Notes under the pieces: model-generated
The model's database searches: none
The model's input: the letters and a program-made list of their open reading frames with translations, nothing else
What the model was told of the DNA's origin: nothing
Source: Cyanophora paradoxa CCMP329
Taxonomy: Eukaryota > Plantae > Glaucophyta
DNA length: 64,000 nucleotides
NCBI GenBank assembly: GCA_004431415.1
Contig: QPMI01000455.1
Coordinates: forward strand, 19,510-83,509
Direction: 5' to 3'
Translations under genes and position numbers: made by a program
In this document: in pieces, positions 1 to 9,852 of the stretch
Numbering within the stretch: the stretch's first letter is position 1
Layout of the letters: each line of letters starts with the position of its first letter

Positions 1-162
1 CACTGCAATAGCAACTGGGATCTCTACTGGGACAAGCTCTTTCATCTCTGACTTTTTTACAATTCGAGATTCTCCCTTTTCCTCCTTGGGAACTGTGATA
101 GGCAGTAGGTTACCTTGCAGTTGCTCAGTGGTTCTCCTAACTATTCTTCCAGTTGCTGGCAT
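1..162 (-). CDS. Retroviral-type (rve) integrase, 5' part only
   Basis: ATG at 162-160; reverse complement of 62142 onward in copy B, where the DDE core is visible. Confidence 0.8.
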   Translation of the reverse strand, partial: MPATGRIVRRTTEQLQGNLLPITVPKEEKGESRIVKKSEMKELVPVEIPVAIAV

Positions 163-165
163 CTC

Positions 166-3100
166 TTAATTAAAAGGAACAGAATTAATACCATCTGGTA
201 AGATGTATCTCTTTGCATCAAAGCAGTTCAGGGCAACCCTTCTACTCACAGTGTCTATTATTGTGTGATCTGCCCTTCTCTTCTGCTTGGCAGTCACAGT
301 CTTGCTTATACCTGCAAATAAACACTGCTTAAAATCATTAAATTGGAGTTCCTCAGTTGAAGTCCCAGAGAGCTTACTTCTCTCAATCTCAGCAGTTCTG
401 AAACTGTAAACTTTGGCTCTCAGACCCACATATTCCAATATAGCAGAACCTGGCATCTCATTTTTGTATTTACCTGGGGTCATTCTGTTGGATCCCCCTA
501 GGTCCAGATTATAGGATATATTATCTAGGTCCTCTTGGAGGGTCTTAGATTCGATATATAGACAAAAGGAATCAGTATCATGGAATAGTAACTTGGCTTT
601 TGTCCACTGGGTCCTTACAGTATCATAAAAGAATTGGTAATTATGCAGTTTGGCAGCATCCAAAACATAAGCCCCAATTGCAACAGGCTTATCTAGTTTC
701 ACATGCTTTGTGTAAAACTCAAAGGCAACTGCTTTTTCGTTTATGGGGCTGGTTGATTTCACCAATGGAGAGGCTGCATATTTCATAAACAGTTTCTCAC
801 TGTTTGCAATCTTAACCACAGATCTACCTCTGCAAGATTCAATGCATTTCCATAGATTGAGTTATTCATGAGTTTATAGAAATCAGCCTCGAATTTATTC
901 ACTGCTTTCCTTCTCATCTCAGTGTTCAGCTCAATGTAGGGTTTCATTACAGGAGCCACAGTAAATGATAGGACCCTGTGAACTTTCTTTAATTTCACCC
1001 CTTTGTCCAACAGATATTGCAGAAGAGGCTCAGAAATCACATAGTTTGCCACAGAACCAAAGGTTGCAGTTAGCTTTGGGGTTTTATCAAGCTCTTCTCC
1101 TGAGAGATCTAATAGGCTCTTTTGATATTGTGATAATTCCGCATATTCTACTATTTTCTTGTTAATAATTAGGGGAAATCACTGTGATCTAGAAACAGCC
1201 TAATTGGGTAATCCAGATCAACTTCTAGGAAACTGGATCTGTTATCTTGTGGGTTGAATTCGGTCTCCCATCTAAAATCACCAACTGGAATTGGCTGACT
1301 CAAACAGTAGCCATACAAGTTGTTAGCATCAAACAGCATAATGTGGGAGTTTTCACCATCAGCCTCAGCATACCTACAAGGCATTGTTGCAAAGCCACCC
1401 TGATTCCCTCTCAACAAATTCGTATTGCTCTACATCACTTATAAGCTCTATTTTTGCCTTGGTGGTCCTAAGCATAGCATCCCAAGATAACCCAGGGGCA
1501 GATACATAATGAACTGGGTCAAGTCCATATACTGAGTGTGAAAGCCTTCTGAAGGCTTGGAATTTGTTCATTAACTCATCTACATCAGCAGCTCCAAAAT
1601 CCATGAAATTACTTGCATCAATGAACTTGTAAAGACCCCATTGCAATGAAAGGTATTGATCAAAGTTTTTCGAAAGGATTTCGATTCGCTTTTTATCTCC
1701 CAAACCTGCTATTTTTCTGAAAATGAATGACCCACAGTCATCCATTTGGTCAACAACCACTGCTACTTTGGTTTGCTTTGAGATTCTCCTATGGAGATTG
1801 CAGTTTCTGCAAGCAGGAGCAATGTACTGACCTGTGTGGTGATCATGATCTCTGCATTTAAAGTTCTCCTTGGTGAACCTCTCACTGCAAAGGTAACAGT
1901 GTTTGGTAGCTCTGTAAATAGCCTTTTGCTCATCTGTGAGTTCATTCATGGGAATATTGGTGAACAGGAAATCGATTAGTTCTCTAGCTTTGGACTCCAA
2001 GCATTCAAACAGACCTCCCATTGGATCCTGCCCCTCAAATCGAAACTCCTGAACATCTGCCCCAGTGACTATTCTAATGTTGACTGCTGAGACTTCCCTC
2101 TTGGATTTCGATGCATCAATGGGGATGCTTCTATGTTCAATCTTGCAGTAGACCACAACAGGAAGCCATACAGTTTTCCTAAGGTTTTTGAGTCCAAACT
2201 CTATGGTGGTCTCAGGTTTTGGTGTGATTCCCTTTGAGAGTCTCCAATCAATGCATCTGTTTGAGTCCACATGAGCAGTCAGTTTAGCCTCAGACCTGAA
2301 TCGAGATAAGCATGTATCACAGTAGTGTAACTTTTGATCCTTGGTTTTATCAAGGGCAACTCTGAGAAGTCTTGAAAGGGACATGATAGTAATATAGTGA
2401 CCATTCCCTTCATCATCATGAATGAGCATTAGATTAATCTTTTGCTTTCTGCCTGGGTTGCTGGATTGATGTAGGGGATATATAACATCTCCATCCATTC
2501 CAAATATGTTTATGCTGATGCCTGCATTTTGAGATTCGAATTTATCAATGATTTCAGCATCACAAGGAACAGGGAATGGGATATTGTCGAAATTGAGAGC
2601 CAAAGGATTGTATGTGGTTGGTGAGTATTTCCATTTGCGATATTGTGTAAGCTCACTTCTCTTGTGGGAATTTACATCTTTCCTATGGATCCATGCCAAA
2701 ATGGCATTTTCAAAGCAAGAATCATCAATATTTCGAATATTCACTGTGGCTCTCTTGGCTGCAATTGATTCTGGTGTTTTAACATAGCAGCCACCAGTTG
2801 GGGCATAACTCATAATAGCAACTCTTAGCATTTCGATTCTCTCCAATCGATAGCTATCAACAACATTCATCTGTTCCTGACACATTTGGGCTGCTTTATT
2901 CAGCTCAGTTCGAATATTTCTCGATTTGGTTAATACAAAATAATCGCTGTAAATGTATTTCGATATCCAAACCTGTGGATTGCTGACTTTTACGAACTTG
3001 CAGATAAACGACAAGCGAACTTTGATTGCCCTGAATTGATCCAGACTATCTCTTAAACGTTTTGGTAGAGAGGTTGCAATTCTATCTAAATATTCAATCA

Positions 3101-3407
3101 CATCTACCACAACTTCCCTTCTGGCTCTGTATGTGAGCCAGCGATATAATTCATTCATGGCTGTTCCATCTTCTGCCTCTGGTTCTATTTGCCTCAGGCG
3201 ATCGAGTTCATCAAGAGTCTCAACTTTGTCATAGAGGTTATTGGCTTTTCTGGTTAATTTTGCTAAAGTGGGTCTGCCCCTTGAAATAAATCCGATTTCC
3301 CGGTCATATTCAGCCTCTGTGATTTCATGGGCTGCATACAGTGTTCCCAGTAATCCCATAAGTTCCCATTTCTTCTCTCTAATGAGTCTGTTGCTAATTC
3401 GGGGCAT
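166..3407 (-). CDS. polB: Protein-primed family B DNA polymerase (Polinton/adintovirus type), split by frameshifts
   Basis: ORFs 1374-3407, 1169-1417, 783-1052 and 166-819 join up: EndoVII-like CYLC..RDHDHHTG..CRNCNL, LDPVHYVSAPGLSWDAM, motif A FDANNLYG, motif B KLMNNSIYG, motif C FHDTDSF, GLRAKVYS. Confidence 0.93.
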
Positions 3408-3462
3408 AGTTCCTAACTTGTTCCTACTAAAAGGGGAGGTTTTAAATGGGGAATTCTGAACA

Positions 3463-3516
3463 CAAAATTTGATGAAAACTACTTAAAGAAATATCTTCTA
3501 TATATATAAAAGGACA
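3463..3516 (+). promoter_or_regulatory. Putative early promoter motif AAAA(A/T)TGA...CTTAAAGA...TATATATA
   Basis: Near-identical block recurs upstream of the ORFs at 4389, 4856 and 7404, and in copy B. Confidence 0.6.
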
Positions 3517-4332
3517 ATGGCAGAGAAGAAATCGTATTGCCTGGAAAAGCTCAAAGCGGCTTTAATGTTGCTTTGTGGATCTGATAACTTCAATGATTAT
3601 GTTGCTCTTGGAAGTAACAGGAAACCGCTCCCTCTTTGGGCAAAGCTTGCAAAATATGGATTAAGTGACTATGACCTGCCTCCAGAGTCTGAGCATTGCG
3701 CCTGTGATCATCCAATTAAAGAGCAATGCTATATTCTGCATGTTAATAAAAAGATTGTGGTCATTGTTGGGAATTGCTGCATTTTACGATTTATTCCAAA
3801 GGGTGCCAGAGGTCAAGATATATGTGAAAGATGTGGAGATCGGCATAAAAACCGAAAGGATAATTTCTGTAATAAGTGCAGAATCGCTTTAAAGCAAGAA
3901 GAACTGGAAAGAAAAAGAGAACTTGAAAAACAAGAGGAAGCTCGAAAGAGGCAGCTTGAATTAGAAGAAAGAGAGCGAAAACAGAGAGAATTAGAACAAG
4001 AAAGAGCAAGGAATAAACATGCAGTTAACCTTTTCCTGATTTGGAGCAACCAGTTTATTCCGAAAATGGATAATCTTCGCAGAGATGATATAGAGAGGTT
4101 CAGAGAGGGCAGATCTGCATTGATTGAAATGTATGCAGAACTCAGTACAACAAATACATTGGTTGCTGGGTTTCAGGTGCCTTATCTTAAAAAAGATATC
4201 GCAAAAGGATTAGATTGCAGATGGAATAAGGACAAGAAAACATGGGAGACCTTGGAAATCGAACCATTTGTAGCATTGCTAGGTAAGCATTTCAAACTTA
4301 TGTATATTGAGCGATTTGGACAAAGAGGTTAG
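3517..4332 (+). CDS. Cys-rich zinc-finger / coiled-coil protein with C-terminal DUF5710-like motif
   Basis: CACDHPIK..GNCC, CERC..CNKC, E/R/K coil, VPYLKKDIAKGLDCRWNKDKKTW; conserved in copy B. Confidence 0.65.
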   Translation: MAEKKSYCLEKLKAALMLLCGSDNFNDYVALGSNRKPLPLWAKLAKYGLSDYDLPPESEHCACDHPIKEQCYILHVNKKIVVIVGNCCILRFIPKGARGQDICERCGDRHKNRKDNFCNKCRIALKQEELERKRELEKQEEARKRQLELEERERKQRELEQERARNKHAVNLFLIWSNQFIPKMDNLRRDDIERFREGRSALIEMYAELSTTNTLVAGFQVPYLKKDIAKGLDCRWNKDKKTWETLEIEPFVALLGKHFKLMYIERFGQRG

Positions 4333-4336
4333 AGAA

Positions 4337-4388
4337 CAAAAAATGATTTAAAGAATTCTCTATATATATTAAGAGAGACAGAGGAAAA
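4337..4388 (+). promoter_or_regulatory. Putative early promoter motif
   Basis: caaaaaatgatttaaagaattctctatatatattaag before ATG 4389. Confidence 0.55.
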
Positions 4389-4643
4389 ATGCCACTCAGT
4401 GAAGCCCAGAAGAGAGCTATGAAGAGATACCAGCAAACTGAAAAAGGTAAGGCTCAAATCAAAAAGTTTAACGAAAAAATAGCCACACAGCTTAGAGATC
4501 TATATCAAACCGATGATACCTATAGAGCAATGAAAATAGCAAGTTCATGTCAGCGAAAGTATGCAGCCAATGCAGTCTGCTTTGTCAAGTATTTGTATGA
4601 TGTCCCTTACTCAAATAGAGGGAGAAAATTGAAACATGTCTAA
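4389..4643 (+). CDS. Small basic hypothetical protein
   Basis: 84-aa ATG ORF with its own promoter motif; conserved in copy B. Confidence 0.65.
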   Translation: MPLSEAQKRAMKRYQQTEKGKAQIKKFNEKIATQLRDLYQTDDTYRAMKIASSCQRKYAANAVCFVKYLYDVPYSNRGRKLKHV

Positions 4644-4652
4644 ATTATTTTT

Positions 4653-4683
4653 CCCAGCATATTACTAGGCTGGGGATATGCTG
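4653..4683 (+). terminator. Hairpin after small ORF
   Basis: cccagc/gctggg stem (alternative cagcatat/atatgctg) 10 nt after the stop codon. Confidence 0.3.
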
Positions 4684-4777
4684 TTTATTCGCTGAAATAC
4701 CCATTCATCCTTTTTGTATCTAAACCACTCGATATATCATGTGGATAAATTTCGTAGGGATACTTTCTCGATTTCCA

Positions 4778-4855
4778 ACAAAAAATGATTGGGGGACCCA
4801 AAACTACTTAAAGAAAAATCTTCTATATATATAAAAGGGACCCCGATCGCTGAAA
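4778..4855 (+). promoter_or_regulatory. Putative early promoter motif
   Basis: caaaaaatga..aaaactacttaaagaaaaatcttctatatatataaaagg, nearly identical to 3475-3513. Confidence 0.6.
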
Positions 4856-7183
4856 ATGAACGCCAAACAGACCAAGTTAATTAAATCGCTCGCTAACTGG
4901 CTTCGTTCTGATGAGGAACTTGCCAAAAACATGATTATCCCAGTGAAACCTGACAGCAAAGACCCAGTTTTCAAGCATAAGGGAGGTGCTTGGTCCTGGG
5001 AAAAGTATGAGGAAGCGCTGGCAACTAATCAGTATGTATCTTGGGGCATTCTGCTCTCAGACAACATGATGGTTATTGACTTTGATGATGAGGAGGACTT
5101 TGAGAAATTCCGAGATATGTTTCCTGATGACTTTGATGCCAATCAACCCATGGCAAAAACTAAAAAAGGCTATCATGTCTACTTTAAACGACCTGAGGAG
5201 TTCAATAAACTCCAAATCACCGATAAGGCTCCAGGCTTTAAAGGCTTTGAAAAGGTTGACCTGAAAACAATCACTGGAACTGGAACTTCTGGATTAATTA
5301 ATGTTTGTCCCAGTGTCAACAAGACCTGGGTAATTGCTCCATGGGATGATACCTGTGATTTCAATGAGCCTACTGATGAGTTTAAAAAGTGGATTGCAGA
5401 GAACTATATCTATAAGAGTGAGTATACTGCTAGTGCTAGCTCAAATGATGAACTGGAAAAGAGTATTCTTAAAGAGCTGGTGGATATGGGCTTTATGCAT
5501 CCCAATATAATCTCTAAAACTGAACTGGGCTTTAACTTTGATGCTGCCAATAAGGGACTCAATTGCCCATGCTGCAATGGGTCACATGAATCGAATAACT
5601 GGTATGTTATGAAAGCCAAAGGGGAAGATAAAAAGTATATTGTGTCCAGCTACAGTGGCAATTGCAAAAAACGATTTATCTTCATTGGAATGCAATCTGA
5701 TATCTTCAATCTCATTGATAAATCCGCTGGCTCTGGAGGCGCTCATTATGATGTCAGTCTTGTGTGCAAAGAGGTCCTACAACACACTTGGAGATACTCC
5801 AAAAAGTCATGGTTCAAACTCAATACTGATACTGGGATTTGGGAGCATGATGACACAAACCAAAAGATTTACCTAGATATTAGTTGCCTTGTTGTCCCTC
5901 AATACCTTGGCAGGGCTGTGCATTATATCCAAAGAGCTTTGAAGGATGAAGAGAATAGAACAGCTTTCGAAGAGAAATCGAAAACATTAATTTCTATTGC
6001 CAAAAATCTTAAACAATCAGGATATCGCAAATCCCTTCTGACTGATTTGCTCCCTCTGCTCAATGATGATGAGTTCTATGAGAAGATTGATACAGTTCCA
6101 TATGTTATTGGATTCGATAATGGTGTGTTTGATCTGACAACTATGACTTTCAGAAAGGGTAAACTGGAAGATATGGTGAGCAAGAGTGTGGGTTATGATT
6201 ATACTGACAATGTGGACCCCAAGAAAGTGGAGCATCTCAACCAGATTTATAGAGAGATTGTAGATGATCCAGCAGAGCGAAACTATCTTCTGGCATCTAT
6301 TGCCATTGCTTTGAGTGGATCAACAAAATCACAGAAGTTCTACATGTGGACTGGTGCTGGTGCTAATGGTAAATCACTTGTTCAGGAATACTGCAAACAG
6401 ATATCTGGGGCTTATTACAGCCCTCTCGAAATATCCTATTGGACCAAACCTAAGAAGAACTCATCAGATGCTACCCCTGAACTTGCCAAACTCCTGGGAA
6501 AGCGACTTGTATTCAGTAATGAGGCTGAAGATGGTGATAAACTGCAAATTTCCAAGATTAAGGAGGTTACAGGTGGAAATGAAATGACTGTGAGAGCCTT
6601 GTTCAAAGACCCGGTTATCCTTACCCCAATGTTCCAGGTTTACATTACAACTAATGACAATTTGACTATAAATAAACCAGACTTTGCAATTCAAAGAAGG
6701 CTTTCATACCAGAGATTCAATAATATATTCAGAGAGAAGCCTGAAGCTGGTCAAAAGAAAGCTGACCCAACTCTGTTCACACTTCTTCACAATGATGATG
6801 AGTATAAGATGGCTCACATGAAGATATTACTGGATATGTGGAAGAACAAAGAAGTTGAAGAGATCTTAAGAAATCCCCCTCAATCGATTATTGAGCAGGG
6901 AATAAACTTTATAGCTGAAAATGACAAGATTGGTGAATGGCTTAGGGATAATTTCGAAGTTACCCATAATGCAAACGACTTTGTTTCGAGTGATACCATT
7001 TACAAATCATACAGAAGTGTCGATGATAAAGTTGAATGTGTTTCTGTGATGAAGAGAGTAAGGGAAATCTTCAATGTGAAATCAGAGGTTAAACGAATTC
7101 AGGGAACCAGAGCAAGGGGCTACATTGGACTTCGAAAGATAACAAGGGTTCAAGAAGACAATGGAGAGGATGTTGAATATTAA
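4856..7183 (+). CDS. PrimPol (AEP) primase - Zn finger - D5-like superfamily 3 helicase
   Basis: VIDFD and TKKGYHVYF primase motifs, CPCC..H..C, IGFDNGVFDL (D5_N), Walker A GAGANGKS, FSNE, ITTN, AIQRR. Confidence 0.92.
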   Translation: MNAKQTKLIKSLANWLRSDEELAKNMIIPVKPDSKDPVFKHKGGAWSWEKYEEALATNQYVSWGILLSDNMMVIDFDDEEDFEKFRDMFPDDFDANQPMAKTKKGYHVYFKRPEEFNKLQITDKAPGFKGFEKVDLKTITGTGTSGLINVCPSVNKTWVIAPWDDTCDFNEPTDEFKKWIAENYIYKSEYTASASSNDELEKSILKELVDMGFMHPNIISKTELGFNFDAANKGLNCPCCNGSHESNNWYVMKAKGEDKKYIVSSYSGNCKKRFIFIGMQSDIFNLIDKSAGSGGAHYDVSLVCKEVLQHTWRYSKKSWFKLNTDTGIWEHDDTNQKIYLDISCLVVPQYLGRAVHYIQRALKDEENRTAFEEKSKTLISIAKNLKQSGYRKSLLTDLLPLLNDDEFYEKIDTVPYVIGFDNGVFDLTTMTFRKGKLEDMVSKSVGYDYTDNVDPKKVEHLNQIYREIVDDPAERNYLLASIAIALSGSTKSQKFYMWTGAGANGKSLVQEYCKQISGAYYSPLEISYWTKPKKNSSDATPELAKLLGKRLVFSNEAEDGDKLQISKIKEVTGGNEMTVRALFKDPVILTPMFQVYITTNDNLTINKPDFAIQRRLSYQRFNNIFREKPEAGQKKADPTLFTLLHNDDEYKMAHMKILLDMWKNKEVEEILRNPPQSIIEQGINFIAENDKIGEWLRDNFEVTHNANDFVSSDTIYKSYRSVDDKVECVSVMKRVREIFNVKSEVKRIQGTRARGYIGLRKITRVQEDNGEDVEY

Positions 7184-7242
7184 ACAAAACGATTTATGAT
7201 TGAAATGTATATGTAATTTTTATAGCCTTACTGGAAATGGTG

Positions 7243-7336
7243 TTGTTCACAGGTGTCACAGGTCCATCCCATCTAGGGGGCTATAAAACGAAAAATGACC
7301 AGGGGACGATAAAAACCTGTGAACACCTGTGACACC
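7243..7336. repeat. Palindromic iteron-like element (TCACAGG units), putative origin
   Basis: tgttcacaggtgtcacaggt ... acctgtgaacacctgtgacacc directly after the primase-helicase gene. Confidence 0.7.
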
Positions 7337-7403
7337 TATCGAAAAAGACCAAAATTTGACAAGAATACTTAAAGCTTACTTGATTGTGTATAGTGGAGAC
7401 AAA

Positions 7404-7625
7404 ATGGCAAAAACTCTTGATGAGATGACCATGAATGAGTTAGATAAATGCATAAAGCATGGAGATATAGGGGCATATATCGAAATGTCACAGAGATTGA
7501 TAGGTTACAATATGTATGCAGCAAAACCAAAGAGAAATAGATCAGTAAACATTCACATAACTGTTTCAGTGTCTGAGAATGCAAACAAAAAACAACAAAA
7601 GCATATTTACAAAAGTTATCTGTGA
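7404..7625 (+). CDS. Small hypothetical protein
   Basis: ATG at 7404 preceded by caaaatttgacaagaatacttaaag; frame conserved in copy B. Confidence 0.6.
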   Translation: MAKTLDEMTMNELDKCIKHGDIGAYIEMSQRLIGYNMYAAKPKRNRSVNIHITVSVSENANKKQQKHIYKSYL

Positions 7626-7718
7626 CTTGCAATTGATTGCAAGTATAAAGCCAATTCCTTTGTATATATTTTTATAGCTGCCTCAGTGGCATACTGAGAC
7701 CGCTTTTGCTCAATTATC

Positions 7719-7964
7719 TTATAGACCTGGGGGTCCATTGCTACTATCAGTAGGCAAATAATATTTAATCGGTCTCCCTCTGGGTCTCTGCTCCTCTTTT
7801 TGGGCTTTTCTGCGATAATAGGATGCCAAGGCTTGCTGCTTTTTATACTCTCTATATGCTGGGTCCTCTCTATATCGTTTCTGCATTGCTAGAATGTGTC
7901 TAATAGAACCCTCAGTAACAGGTTCATCACTGGTAAACTCGATTAAACTAATAGTGTCCTCCAT
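7719..7964 (-). CDS. Small basic protein with AT-hook-like RPRGRP motif
   Basis: 81-aa ORF conserved with conservative changes in copy B (54422-54667). Confidence 0.65.
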   Translation of the reverse strand: MEDTISLIEFTSDEPVTEGSIRHILAMQKRYREDPAYREYKKQQALASYYRRKAQKEEQRPRGRPIKYYLPTDSSNGPPGL

Positions 7965-8220
7965 TTATATTCCCAGAGAAAACGTTTTCTGCTGGCAGAG
8001 AACTTCTCCTTGGATACTCCTGTTGCTCATATGTATACTCTGTGGGGTCTGCTGGCATTGATTCCACTGAAACTGTTGACCTCCTTCTTTCTCTTGCCTC
8101 AGATACATTATCCTCAGTATCTGACATCTCAAACTCTATTGTTGTGTCACAGCATCCACTGTGGCAATTGCTCACCACATGCAGACTGAGCATCTCAATA
8201 AACTTTCGTATTATATCCAT
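7948..8220 (-). CDS. Small hypothetical protein (SNCHSGCC motif)
   Basis: Conserved in copy B with mostly synonymous changes. Confidence 0.65.
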   Translation of the reverse strand: MDIIRKFIEMLSLHVVSNCHSGCCDTTIEFEMSDTEDNVSEARERRRSTVSVESMPADPTEYTYEQQEYPRRSSLPAENVFSGNINGGHY

Positions 8221-8242
8221 GTCTCTAATAAAACAGAGAAAA

Positions 8243-8977
8243 TTAAAGCCAAACTCGTCTTTTATATACTGTGGGAGCTACTCCCTTTTCTACTTCAGCT
8301 TTAGTGGCACCAGGTTCAATGGTTCCCTTCTGGGTCTTTGTTTTCATTTCATCTACTGCCTGCTCATCGATTTGGGTCTCTTTCTTAGCAATAAACTGTT
8401 TATCTGGGACACCAGTAATGCCCATTTTATAAACTTCCTTTCGAAGCATCTCCTTTAGCTTGGCTCTCTCTTTCTTCTCAGTAACATACTGCTCCAAGGC
8501 ACTTGATTTGGCTTCCAGATCTTTGAGTTTAGCAGTCATCTCATCCCATTGAGCCTTGGGAATTCGATGAATATTTTGAGTGGGAGCAGTCTTATATGTG
8601 ACTTCACCAGCCATAGACTGGATTACCTTGTCTGATTCTTTACTGAGACCCTCACCTTTGCGAGCCAGTGATAGATCTTGCAAGCCTAAACCTTTATCAT
8701 CAGCAGCACCAATAATTCGCCTGGCTCCCTCAGCAACAGCCTTCATCTTTGAGGCTTCAGGTGAAATGTTGAGTTGGTCACTGGTTGAAGCCTGTGGGGC
8801 TTTGTCATCAAATGATTCCTCATAGGCAGCATTGAGGGGGTCTTCTTGTTGTTGAGAGGGCTTCACTTCATTCATACCATTGAATTTCAGTGGGTCTGTG
8901 TTAATGGATCCATTGTTTCCACCACCTGAATAGCCAACAGCCCCAGCTGGGATCCCTATCTTTCGTTTGGGAGGCAT
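8243..8977 (-). CDS. Hypothetical protein, possibly virion core
   Basis: 244 aa in both copies, many synonymous differences; lies in the structural block. Confidence 0.75.
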   Translation of the reverse strand: MPPKRKIGIPAGAVGYSGGGNNGSINTDPLKFNGMNEVKPSQQQEDPLNAAYEESFDDKAPQASTSDQLNISPEASKMKAVAEGARRIIGAADDKGLGLQDLSLARKGEGLSKESDKVIQSMAGEVTYKTAPTQNIHRIPKAQWDEMTAKLKDLEAKSSALEQYVTEKKERAKLKEMLRKEVYKMGITGVPDKQFIAKKETQIDEQAVDEMKTKTQKGTIEPGATKAEVEKGVAPTVYKRRVWL

Positions 8978-9006
8978 TGTATCTTTATTAGAATGAGAGA
9001 TAATTT

Positions 9007-9787
9007 TATAAACCGCGTTTATATCGCATCAATTTATTGCTATGGACTTGGCTTTTCACTTCTTTGGGGCTTCCTCTTTCTCTGGTGGTTTCAGTTCATC
9101 TTCTTTCTTTTTTGGCTTCCTGTGGAAGCGAGGAAATGGGAAATCTTTCACAAGCTCAGCTTTATCTACATAGTATTTAACTGAGTAGTTTGCAGAGGAC
9201 CAAATGATATACTGATAGGAGTGAACATACTCTTCAAACATCTTGTAGAAATCCTCTTTATTTCGCATTATATTGTATTCTTCCTCTATGGCTTCCAGTT
9301 CTTTGCGATTTGCAGCACTTAGAAACATTGCATAATCCGAATTTACTCGAATAGTCGAAGAGACTTTTCTTAGCTTTTGTGTGATGCAGATAATGGATAT
9401 TTTCGAATGGCGACCTCTGGAATACAGAGATCCGATTATTTTATCCCTTGTGAGATCGACTATCTCATTATCGATTAAATCATCTAAAACCACACACAAT
9501 TGGTTAACAGGTTCACCTTTCTCTATTTTCTCTTGCCTCTCATCTAGCAATTTAGCAATGTAAGGGGCATCCCATTTTCCCAGTTGCAGTGTTGCCACTT
9601 TATCCCAGAAATGATTGAAGCTGGTTCCACTCACAACTAATACAACATCAATCTTTTTGGCATCATGTAATTGCTTTAACCAATACTTTACAGCTTCTGA
9701 TTTACCAGTTGCTGATTTTCCTATTGCCAATACACGAAATGGTGGTTCTATCATTTCACCAGCCACAAATTCATCCAAATCAGTCAT
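9007..9787 (-). CDS. A32-like (FtsK/HerA) genome-packaging ATPase
   Basis: Walker A GKSATGKS, Walker B VVLDD, SRGRH, ITQ, IRVN; frameshift near the 3' end relative to the 260-aa copy B ORF. Confidence 0.92.
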
Positions 9788-9852
9788 TGTTGTATATCTT
9801 TCTTAATAAAGACATATAAAAATAATGCAGGGAGACTGAAAATCGTAACAAT

